Part shown: positions 1 to 6,850 of the stretch, piece by piece
Position numbering within the stretch: the first letter of the stretch is position 1
How the letters are laid out: each line of letters starts with the position of its first letter
From: an uncultured Gammaproteobacteria bacterium
Lineage (GTDB): Bacteria; Patescibacteriota; Patescibacteriia; Patescibacteriales; UBA12465
Length of the DNA stretch: 32,617 bases
Direction of reading: 5' to 3'
Assembly (NCBI GenBank): GCA_964448505.1
Contig: CAYUWA010000002.1
Location: 61,733 to 94,349 of the forward strand
Translations under genes and position numbers: made by a program
The notes under the pieces: model-generated
Database searches by the model: none
What the model saw: only the letters and a program-made list of their open reading frames with translations
What the model was told of the DNA's origin: nothing

Positions 1-1
1 A

Positions 2-763
2 ACTAAAATAGAGAAAATTTTAGTAGAGGCCAGTGCAGAACAAAACGCCAACGGCAGTTGGTCAGATGCTTATGGCTATACAGCCGAGTACCTGGTAAAA
101 ACTGCGCCTGATGCAGAAATTTTTATTTATAACTCGGGTTGTTCAGAGGTCACCGATGGTCGGGATGACGAGAACGAAGACAATTGGTACATATTCAAGA
201 AACCAAATCTGTCTCCGATGCTGGAAGAGCGGAGAGAAGGTGCTCTTCGTAAAGTACATAATTTTTTTCGGGATATTAAAGCAATATCTGAGAATGATTA
301 TGTAGAGCTGTTTAATTCCGTTCTTGCCGCAGTAGAAATAGAAGATAAAGACATCTCTTTTTTTGGTGAGATTGGTCCTGATTGGTTAATTTCTGCTTAT
401 TCAACGAGCGGGTGTGCTTATTATGACGAGCGTTGGTGCTCTGTTTGGGCGGTTAATCCTGCCGATGATATTATTAAAATCGATAGTATCGTTACGGGCG
501 AAGATGTCGCCCAAAATGCTAATGGCTCCTGGGTTGATTCTTATGGTTATTATTTTAAATATCTTAAGAAAAAAGCTCCTGGCGCTCTATTCTTCATTGT
601 TAATGAAGGCCGCGATCGGCGCGCTGATCGCCAACCAAGCATATACGAAAATAGTTGGTCATTTCTCCGACCGTTAAGCCGGAAGGAGATTATGATCCAA
701 AAAATAAATTCTCAAAACAAACCCATAACACTCGGGGACGTTTTAAAGAATAGTTCTTGGTAG
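2..763 (+). CDS. hypothetical protein, 5'-partial (runs off the window start), with an internal duplicated module
   Basis: Frame 2 is open from nt 2 to the TAG at 761-763, so the ORF-track ATG at 218 is internal. The block at nt 8-205 (..AEQNANGSWSDAYGY..YLVKTAP..FIYNSG..NWYIFKKP) recurs at nt 470-673 (..VAQNANGSWVDSYGY..YLKKKAP..FIVNEG..NSWSFLRP). No family recognised. Confidence 0.7.
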   Translation, partial: TKIEKILVEASAEQNANGSWSDAYGYTAEYLVKTAPDAEIFIYNSGCSEVTDGRDDENEDNWYIFKKPNLSPMLEERREGALRKVHNFFRDIKAISENDYVELFNSVLAAVEIEDKDISFFGEIGPDWLISAYSTSGCAYYDERWCSVWAVNPADDIIKIDSIVTGEDVAQNANGSWVDSYGYYFKYLKKKAPGALFFIVNEGRDRRADRQPSIYENSWSFLRPLSRKEIMIQKINSQNKPITLGDVLKNSSW

Positions 764-776
764 AGATACCAAAGAT

Positions 777-802
777 GCGAACAGACCGTTCACTCTGTTC
801 GC
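777..802 (+). terminator. possible intrinsic terminator hairpin downstream of the edge ORF
   Basis: Perfect 8-bp stem GCGAACAG (777-784) / CTGTTCGC (795-802) with a 10-nt loop, followed by the T-rich TTCCTTTCC. It lies 14 nt after the stop codon. Confidence 0.4.
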
Positions 803-855
803 TTCCTTTCCGAGCTAATCAGTTAGTAAGGCTGGTTGGCTCAGAGAAGAAAAAT

Positions 856-864
856 TGCTATAAT
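856..864 (+). promoter_or_regulatory. candidate extended -10 promoter element (TGCTATAAT)
   Basis: Exact TGnTATAAT match in an intergenic region. The identical 9-mer occurs upstream of ftsK (3878-3886). No clear -35. Confidence 0.3.
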
Positions 865-884
865 AGTAAAGCAAATCTAAATTT

Positions 885-916
885 AAAACTCCGCCGCAAC
901 CCATAGAGCGGAGAAG
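885..916 (-). repeat. diverged inverted copy of the hairpin+T-run repeat; likely minus-strand terminator downstream of the ATPase gene
   Basis: Stem CTCCGC (889-894) / GCGGAG (908-913) with a 13-nt loop. On the minus strand it is followed by TTTT (complement of 885-888). The reverse complement shares the blocks CTTC / CTATGG / GGCGGAGTTTT with the copies at 967 and 2209. Confidence 0.5.
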
Positions 917-966
917 TAAGAATATTTTTGAAATCTCTCTCCTCAAAATTATAATTGCTTCTCATA

Positions 967-996
967 CTTCGCCCTATGGATTCTGGCGGAGTTTTT
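967..996 (+). repeat. hairpin+T-run repeat copy (terminator-like)
   Basis: CTTCGCC (967-973) pairs with GGCGGAG (985-991): 7 bp including one G-U, with an 11-nt loop, then TTTTT (992-996). 28/30 identical to 2209-2238. Confidence 0.55.
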
Positions 997-1021
997 AATG
1001 CGGGGAAGAGTTTTTAATAAC

Positions 1022-2116
1022 TTATCTGAGAAACTTGTTAAAATTTTCTTTATTAACAAGATGTGTTTCTGATTCTTTGTAAATTTTATTGAATTTATGA
1101 AGGGCTGATGTTATATTCTCTTTGGAAAATTTACATTCAAAAGCGACCATATTTCCTTGATCTAGTTCAACGAGGTCTATTTCGCTTTTATCATAGGTTC
1201 TCCAAAAATAATGCGATGGATAATGTCCGCGGTTATGCATAAATTTCAATCTTTCAATGATAAAGAAATTTTCAAAAATTTTACCGTTATCATTTCTTAA
1301 TTCAAGCGGCGCAACATCTTGAGCTAAAGTATTTCTTAAACCAATATCCAAGAAGTAAACTTTATAAGATTTTTTAATTTCGGAACTTAAGTTTCTTGAG
1401 AAAGAGTATAAACGTTTAATAATAAATGCCTGCTCAAGTAAAGCAATATATCTTTCCACGGTCGCCTTGTTCGTATCAAGTATTTTTGCCAGTCTGTCCG
1501 TTGAGATTTGTGATCCTACTTCTCTGGCCAGAGTTATCGCCAGCTTTTCAAAAACAACCGGTTTACGAATTTGTTCAAAATTAAAAACATCTTTATAGAG
1601 ATAATTTGTCGTGATATTTTGCAAACGATCAAGTTTGTCGTTTTGATTTGCGGAAACGATTCCTGGGTACATGCCGAAAGTTAATATGCCATTAAGATCT
1701 CTGCCCCCAATTTCATTATATGAAAGAGGGTATAGCATAAATTCATAAGTTCTTCCCGTCATTGGTTCGTTTATTTTATTTGCTAAATCAAAAGAGGATG
1801 ATCCAGTGGCGATAATTTGTATTTGCGGGTATGTGTCAGTAAAATTTTTAAGAATAAGCCCGATGTTTTCAATCGTTTGAGCTTCGTCTAACACGACGAT
1901 CTTATAATCTTTGATTTTTTCATATAAAAGTTCCGGCTGTCTCGGGACGAGAACATTTCTTATTTCCAGAAGCTCACAGTTAAAGTGCCGCCCCCTATCT
2001 TTGTAGGGTTCAATAATTGTTTTTGAAAGAGTAGTTTTGCCTGATTGCCTCGGTCCGAGAATAATGATAACTTTACCTTGAAAGAGTTTTTCCTCAATTC
2101 TTGTCCTTATTTCGCG
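1022..2116 (-). CDS. AAA+ ATPase of the AAA_14 + DUF4143 type (COG1373-like); the open frame extends beyond the ORF-track start and is interrupted by an in-frame TAA near the 5' end (possible pseudogene)
   Basis: The ORF-track start (GTG at 1894) falls inside the Walker B motif (VVLDEAQ). The same frame is open up to nt 2116 and encodes Walker A GPRQSGKTT. The C-terminal part (..YFWRTYDKSEIDLVE..) is DUF4143-like. There is no ATG/GTG/TTG between 1894 and 2116. An in-frame ATG at 2131-2129 is separated from the frame by a TAA at 2119-2117. Confidence 0.85.
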   Translation of the reverse strand, partial: REIRTRIEEKLFQGKVIIILGPRQSGKTTLSKTIIEPYKDRGRHFNCELLEIRNVLVPRQPELLYEKIKDYKIVVLDEAQTIENIGLILKNFTDTYPQIQIIATGSSSFDLANKINEPMTGRTYEFMLYPLSYNEIGGRDLNGILTFGMYPGIVSANQNDKLDRLQNITTNYLYKDVFNFEQIRKPVVFEKLAITLAREVGSQISTDRLAKILDTNKATVERYIALLEQAFIIKRLYSFSRNLSSEIKKSYKVYFLDIGLRNTLAQDVAPLELRNDNGKIFENFFIIERLKFMHNRGHYPSHYFWRTYDKSEIDLVELDQGNMVAFECKFSKENITSALHKFNKIYKESETHLVNKENFNKFLR

Positions 2117-2208
2117 TTAATATATATGCATAAAATACAAATTTATTAATTTAGATAGTTTACTACCTAAATTAAGAACATCAAGCCAGAACCTAAAAGT
2201 CAAGCAAA

Positions 2209-2238
2209 CTTCGCCCTATGGATCTTGGCGGAGTTTTT
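2209..2238 (+). repeat. hairpin+T-run repeat copy (terminator-like / insulator)
   Basis: CTTCGCCCTATGGATCTTGGCGGAGTTTTT. It has the same orientation as 967-996 and differs only by a TC/CT swap in the loop. It ends 2 nt before the -35 of the AbiE promoter. Confidence 0.55.
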
Positions 2239-2240
2239 GT

Positions 2241-2269
2241 TTGACAAAAAATTACTTTTAGTATATAAT
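2241..2269 (+). promoter_or_regulatory. sigma70-type promoter of the abiEi-abiEii operon
   Basis: TTGACA (2241-2246), a 17-nt spacer, then TATAAT (2264-2269). This matches the full consensus and lies 39 nt upstream of the ATG at 2308. Confidence 0.65.
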
Positions 2270-2272
2270 ATA

Positions 2273-2306
2273 TATAGCTATAAATCATTATTAGTTTATA
2301 GATATA
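2273..2306 (+). promoter_or_regulatory. candidate operator: imperfect inverted repeat between the -10 and the abiEi start codon
   Basis: TATAGCTATAAA (2273-2284), a 10-nt spacer, then TTTATAGATATA (2295-2306), with 11/12 complementary. The AT-rich context means a chance match is possible. Confidence 0.35.
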
Positions 2307-2307
2307 T

Positions 2308-3081
2308 ATGAAAAATACAATATTATCCGAAAAAGACGCAAATTTAATATCTCAGTCCATAATAAAATATGGCCGTATTTTAGATATAAAAAAATTGATG
2401 ACTATTTTTTCAATTGAATATTCGGCGAGCGCTGCCCATAATCGCATAAACAAACTGGTGCGTTCAGGTTGGCTTATGCGGATTAGACAAGGACTTTATC
2501 TAATAATTGATAATTTGAGTGCCCGCGATCAAAATGATATTTCCTTGATACGTATCGCTAATGTCTTGGATCATAATTCTTATGTCAGTTTGGCGTATGC
2601 TTTAAACTATCATCAATTATTTGATCAATATAGTAGAACGGTTATTAGCATCTCCGATAAAATTAATAAAAAATATAATTTTGACGGACATCTTTATCAA
2701 TTTTCTAAAGTTAAGAAAGAAATGTATTTTGGTTTTACGGAAGAGTTAGATGATGGTAAAATTATTAAAATTGCTGAAGCCGAAAAGGCTCTAATTGACT
2801 ACCTCTATCTTGATAATAGCTTTTTCAGTGCCAGTTTAGTTTTTGAAAAATTACGTGATAATTATCAAATGCTTGATCTTGATAAACTGCAGGTTTACGC
2901 GGCGCGAGCCGGGACAACGATCAGTCGGAAAATCGGTTTTTTATTGGATGCGGCAGCGATTGATAGTACAAGACTATATCAAAGTTTGAAAAATAAAAAA
3001 GGTTTTAATCGTTTTACTTCTGAGTCTAAATTATTTAACGCCAAATGGCGAATTTATTATGATGAACGAATTATTAGATAG
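2308..3081 (+). CDS. abiEi: AbiEi-family antitoxin / transcriptional regulator (type IV TA system)
   Basis: N-terminal wHTH-like region ending in the ..RIRQGLYLI motif typical of AbiEi. It sits immediately upstream of an AbiEii nucleotidyltransferase gene and overlaps it by 23 nt. Confidence 0.8.
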   Translation: MKNTILSEKDANLISQSIIKYGRILDIKKLMTIFSIEYSASAAHNRINKLVRSGWLMRIRQGLYLIIDNLSARDQNDISLIRIANVLDHNSYVSLAYALNYHQLFDQYSRTVISISDKINKKYNFDGHLYQFSKVKKEMYFGFTEELDDGKIIKIAEAEKALIDYLYLDNSFFSASLVFEKLRDNYQMLDLDKLQVYAARAGTTISRKIGFLLDAAAIDSTRLYQSLKNKKGFNRFTSESKLFNAKWRIYYDERIIR

Positions 3082-3823
3082 AACGGAATTGACGTTCGCT
3101 AATAAAGCTTTAAAATATCCCCTTGCCATTGCCGAGAAGGATTATTTTTTAGCGTTCACTTCGAAAATTATTTTTGAATCGGTACTTTCTGGTCGGCTTA
3201 TTTTTAAGGGCGGAACTGCTTTATATCATATCTATCTTCCGCAACTCAGATTTTCCGAAGACCTGGATTTTTCTAGCAACGCTCAAAAAATAGAGCTCAG
3301 TGAATTAAAGAAAATTTTTGCCGATTCGGAATTTTTTGAAATTAAAAAAGAATATATTTCCGATGCGACAATAAAAATTGAGAAGTTGCAGTACCGCGGG
3401 CCCTTGGGTCTTGCCAATTCTTTAAAGGTTGAAGTTGATTTTCTGCAGAATGTTATTTTGCCGCCTTTAGAGCTTGATTACCAAAATGTTTATGGGGTTG
3501 AAACTAAAATGCGGGTCATGGATATCCGCGAAATTGCCGCTGAAAAAATTCGCGCAATGAATGATCGTATTCGTTATCGAGATTTTTATGATTTTGCGAT
3601 GATTCTTCTGAAGTTAAAAATAGATTTAAAAGAAGTTGAGGCTCTTTTACCGAAAAAAGAAGTTAGAAAAAACATGAGCCTGGAAAATATTTTAAATAAT
3701 TGGCTTTTGGCTAAACAAGAAAAACTAAAGGAATCATCTTCTATATATTTTTCTGAAGAATTAAGCGATGTGCAAATTGAAGAGCAGCTTAATAAGTTAG
3801 AGTTTGCCCCCATCTTATTATAA
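3059..3823 (+). CDS. abiEii: AbiEii/AbiGii-family nucleotidyltransferase toxin (DUF1814)
   Basis: Hallmark motifs FKGGTALYHIY and RFSEDLDFS near the N-terminus. The ~250-aa size and the gene overlap with abiEi also fit. Confidence 0.9.
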   Translation: MMNELLDRTELTFANKALKYPLAIAEKDYFLAFTSKIIFESVLSGRLIFKGGTALYHIYLPQLRFSEDLDFSSNAQKIELSELKKIFADSEFFEIKKEYISDATIKIEKLQYRGPLGLANSLKVEVDFLQNVILPPLELDYQNVYGVETKMRVMDIREIAAEKIRAMNDRIRYRDFYDFAMILLKLKIDLKEVEALLPKKEVRKNMSLENILNNWLLAKQEKLKESSSIYFSEELSDVQIEEQLNKLEFAPILL

Positions 3824-3877
3824 GAGGCTGGTTAAAACCCTCCTTTCGGGTTTCTTTCGGGCTTTCTGTCCGATTTA

Positions 3878-3886
3878 TGCTATAAT
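3878..3886 (+). promoter_or_regulatory. candidate extended -10 promoter for ftsK
   Basis: TGCTATAAT lies 30 nt upstream of the ftsK ATG. No convincing -35. Confidence 0.4.
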
Positions 3887-3915
3887 ATATTATTATTAGT
3901 TAAAATTGTTTTTAT

Positions 3916-6459
3916 ATGGGAAGAAAGAAGAAAAACTCTAATCCGATGGACTATATTACGCTCCCGGATATTAATTTAGACGCGCGCGCCAAACGCAGTA
4001 TTTTTATCGTATTTTTATTAGTTTTAGGCGTACTGAGCTTTCTGGGGCTCTTAAATTTATCCGGCCATTTCGGAGAATTTTTGTCTAAAGAACTGACGCT
4101 TATTTTCGGCTACGGGAAATGGTTAGCACCGGTAATCTTTGTTTATTGGGCAGTCGTTCTGATTAGAAAACATAAAAAGGTTTTAAAATTTACCGACTAT
4201 TTAGGCTTAGGACTTTTCTTCGTATCATACCAAACCTTATTTCATTTTTTTATTGATCCCTTAAAATGGAAAGAAGCGGTTAAATTAGGCGAAGGGGGTG
4301 GATATATCGGGCTTTATTTAAGTAAGGTCTTTTTTTATATTTTTGGTTTCTGGGGCGGTGTCGTCGTCTTAATCGCCTTCCTATTAATTTCGCTAGTTTT
4401 AATTTTTAATACCTCGCTTTCTAAAATTATCGGTCAAGAAAGTCCGGGGGCGAAAGTTATTACACCGTTTTTCTCGTTTTTTAAGAACTTATTTTCCAGT
4501 TCGGCTGACGAAGAAGAAAAACCCGGGAAAGAATTTATAGAATCCGCGCGTGAAGAAATTTTAAGCGCTTGGCAGAAAAAAGAAGTTGTCGCGGACGAAG
4601 CATCGCTAGAGGATGAAGAAGAAATTCCATCGCCGGCCGTTTTGAAAAAAGATAAGATTAAGACGCAAGAAAAAATTGTCTGGCCAAAACGTTTAATCAA
4701 AATTGATTTACCGATAGAACTTTTGAATAATAAATTCTCTAAAGCGATTGGCGGCGATACCGAGCTTAACGCCAAGAAAATTAAAAGTACTCTAGAAAAA
4801 TTCGGCATTGATGTTGAAATGGGAGAAACGAAAGTCGGTCCGACCGTTACCCAATATACTTTCCGTCCGGCCGAAGGCGTAAAATTATCAAGAATCACAA
4901 CTTTAAATAATGACTTGTCGCTCTCTCTCGCCGCTCACCCGATTAGAATTGAAGCGCCGATTCCCGGCCAATCTTTAGTTGGCGTTGAAGTACCGAATAA
5001 AGCGAAAGCAATCGTCGGACTTCGGGAAATATTGGAAGACAATTCTTTTAAAACAAGAAAGAATAATCTCTCAATCGTTTTAGGAAAAGATGTCGCCGGT
5101 ACTTCTTGGCTTTATGATTTAACCCGAATGCCTCATCTACTAGTTGCCGGAGCGACTAACTCCGGAAAATCAGTTTGTCTAAATACGATTATTATCAGCT
5201 TATTATATCAAAACAATCCCGACGATTTGCGCTTTATTATGGTTGACCCAAAACGCGTTGAGCTCCCGGTTTATAACGGTATTCCGCATTTATTAACTCC
5301 GGTTATAACCGACGTCGCTAAAACAATCAATTCATTAAAATGGTGCTTAAATGAAATGGATAGGCGCTATGATATTTTAAATCATGCCGGAAAGAAAAAT
5401 ATCCAATCATATAATTTGACCGCCAAAGAAAAATTACCGTTTATTGTTTATATAATTGATGAGCTCGCCGATTTTATGATGACCGCCGGAAAAGATATGG
5501 AAGCGGCAATTATTCGTTTAGCCCAGATGTCGCGCGCTATCGGTATCCATTTAATTCTCGCGACTCAGCGTCCGAGTGTTGATGTTATTACCGGTTTAAT
5601 TAAAGCTAATATTCCGTCCCGTATCGCTTTTTCGGTTGCCTCTCTCGTTGATTCAAAAACAATTTTAGATATGAGCGGCGCCGAAAAACTTTTGGGTCAA
5701 GGCGATATGCTTTTTTCAACGGCGGAACTTTCTAAACCGAAACGTATTCAAGGCGCGTATTTAAGTGATAGCGAAATAAATGATGTCGTCAATTATATTA
5801 AAGAAAAGAGTGGGGCGGCCGAATATTTAGAAGGAATTACCGATAGACAAAAGGTAAATGGCAACGCTGGCGTCGGTATGGACGGAACGCACGGCGATGA
5901 AGATGAACTATTTGAAGAAGCTAAAGATTTAATCGTTAAAGCAGATAAAGCGTCAACCTCAATGTTACAGAGAAGACTTAGCATCGGCTACGGAAGAGCG
6001 GCTAAAATTTTAGATATGCTTGAAGAGGCCGGCGTTATCGGTCCCGCTAACGGCTCTAAACCACGCGAAGTTCTAATTAGTCGTGAACAATATGAAACAC
6101 AAATGGAAGGTGGAATAAGCGGCGTTTCTTTACATAATCGTTCTGAGGCTAAAGCGCCGGAAAATTATTTTGGCGAGGAGGAAGTTGATGACTCTTTGGT
6201 TTTTAAGAGCGGTGAAGAAAAAGAGGCTGACGATATGCAAGAAGATGAACAAGATATTCCAGTGAGTGATAACGCGACCGAAGAAATAGAAGAAGAATTA
6301 TTGGTTACGCCGGAGGAAGAAGATGAAATTATAGAAGACGAGGATGAAATTCTAGAAGAAATAAGGGAGGAGAAGGAAGAAAAGAAAGAAAAAATAACGA
6401 CCGAAAAAAAAGAAAAAACGCCGTTTATTGATGACGATGAGATGTTTTTTTCTAAATAA
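3916..6459 (+). CDS. ftsK: DNA translocase FtsK/SpoIIIE with a long acidic C-terminal extension
   Basis: N-terminal TM helices. Walker A GATNSGKS (nt 5149-5172). Walker B IVYIIDELAD. Gamma wHTH ..STSMLQRRLSIGYGRAAKILDMLEEAGVIGP... About 128 further residues follow the gamma domain. Confidence 0.95.
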   Translation: MGRKKKNSNPMDYITLPDINLDARAKRSIFIVFLLVLGVLSFLGLLNLSGHFGEFLSKELTLIFGYGKWLAPVIFVYWAVVLIRKHKKVLKFTDYLGLGLFFVSYQTLFHFFIDPLKWKEAVKLGEGGGYIGLYLSKVFFYIFGFWGGVVVLIAFLLISLVLIFNTSLSKIIGQESPGAKVITPFFSFFKNLFSSSADEEEKPGKEFIESAREEILSAWQKKEVVADEASLEDEEEIPSPAVLKKDKIKTQEKIVWPKRLIKIDLPIELLNNKFSKAIGGDTELNAKKIKSTLEKFGIDVEMGETKVGPTVTQYTFRPAEGVKLSRITTLNNDLSLSLAAHPIRIEAPIPGQSLVGVEVPNKAKAIVGLREILEDNSFKTRKNNLSIVLGKDVAGTSWLYDLTRMPHLLVAGATNSGKSVCLNTIIISLLYQNNPDDLRFIMVDPKRVELPVYNGIPHLLTPVITDVAKTINSLKWCLNEMDRRYDILNHAGKKNIQSYNLTAKEKLPFIVYIIDELADFMMTAGKDMEAAIIRLAQMSRAIGIHLILATQRPSVDVITGLIKANIPSRIAFSVASLVDSKTILDMSGAEKLLGQGDMLFSTAELSKPKRIQGAYLSDSEINDVVNYIKEKSGAAEYLEGITDRQKVNGNAGVGMDGTHGDEDELFEEAKDLIVKADKASTSMLQRRLSIGYGRAAKILDMLEEAGVIGPANGSKPREVLISREQYETQMEGGISGVSLHNRSEAKAPENYFGEEEVDDSLVFKSGEEKEADDMQEDEQDIPVSDNATEEIEEELLVTPEEEDEIIEDEDEILEEIREEKEEKKEKITTEKKEKTPFIDDDEMFFSK

Positions 6460-6489
6460 TTAAAACAGTTTAAATTAATATTTAAATGT

Positions 6490-6798
6490 ATGATTAAGTT
6501 TGAACATTACCCGGGAGTAGCGCCTATAGAAGATATTAAGGAACATAATCCAAGAGAGTCGGTTGATGTTGGACCTTCATTTACTACTCAAGGCAAACTT
6601 CAACAAAGGATTTCTGAACTAAACCATGTGTGCGGAGTATTAGGAATACAACTTGAGAAGGGAACGCTGACCAAGATTCAGGAAGAGAAATTGAATCTGG
6701 CAGTAGCAGAGCTAAATAATCTTGAAAACCAAGCGAAAAAACTGAAAGAAGTGTGTGGTTTAGATCAAACCATGGAATCAAAAGCTTTTCAAAATTAG
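6490..6798 (+). CDS. hypothetical small protein (102 aa, predicted coiled-coil C-terminal half)
   Basis: It is the only long ORF in the ftsK-murE gap and fits the gene spacing. No recognisable motif. Confidence 0.55.
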   Translation: MIKFEHYPGVAPIEDIKEHNPRESVDVGPSFTTQGKLQQRISELNHVCGVLGIQLEKGTLTKIQEEKLNLAVAELNNLENQAKKLKEVCGLDQTMESKAFQN

Positions 6799-6850
6799 AA
6801 ATTATAGATTATATATTTGCTCCGGATAAATATGTTTTTAGTTATAAAAT

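Noticed and set aside
111-677. ORF-track entries 111..305 (+) and 414..677 (+)
   Set aside because: These are alternative frames nested inside the longer frame-2 ORF (2..763). That ORF is supported by an internally repeated, conserved peptide block. The nested ORFs have low-complexity or hydrophobic translations typical of off-frame shadows.
885-996. Possible integron attC site (imperfect palindrome with bulges flanking cassette-like genes, including a TA module)
   Set aside because: The terminal core sites do not fit RYYYAAC / GTTRRRY; the ends here are AAAAC.. and ..GTTTTT. The flanking genes are in mixed orientation, and no integrase is in view.
3835-3864. Hairpin AAACCC-N7-GGGTTT and a twofold TTTCGGG direct repeat after abiEii, considered as a terminator or mini-repeat array
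   Set aside because: The stem is only 6 bp (half A-T) with an interrupted T-tract. Two copies of a 7-mer are not evidence of a CRISPR or tandem-repeat array. At best this is a weak terminator.
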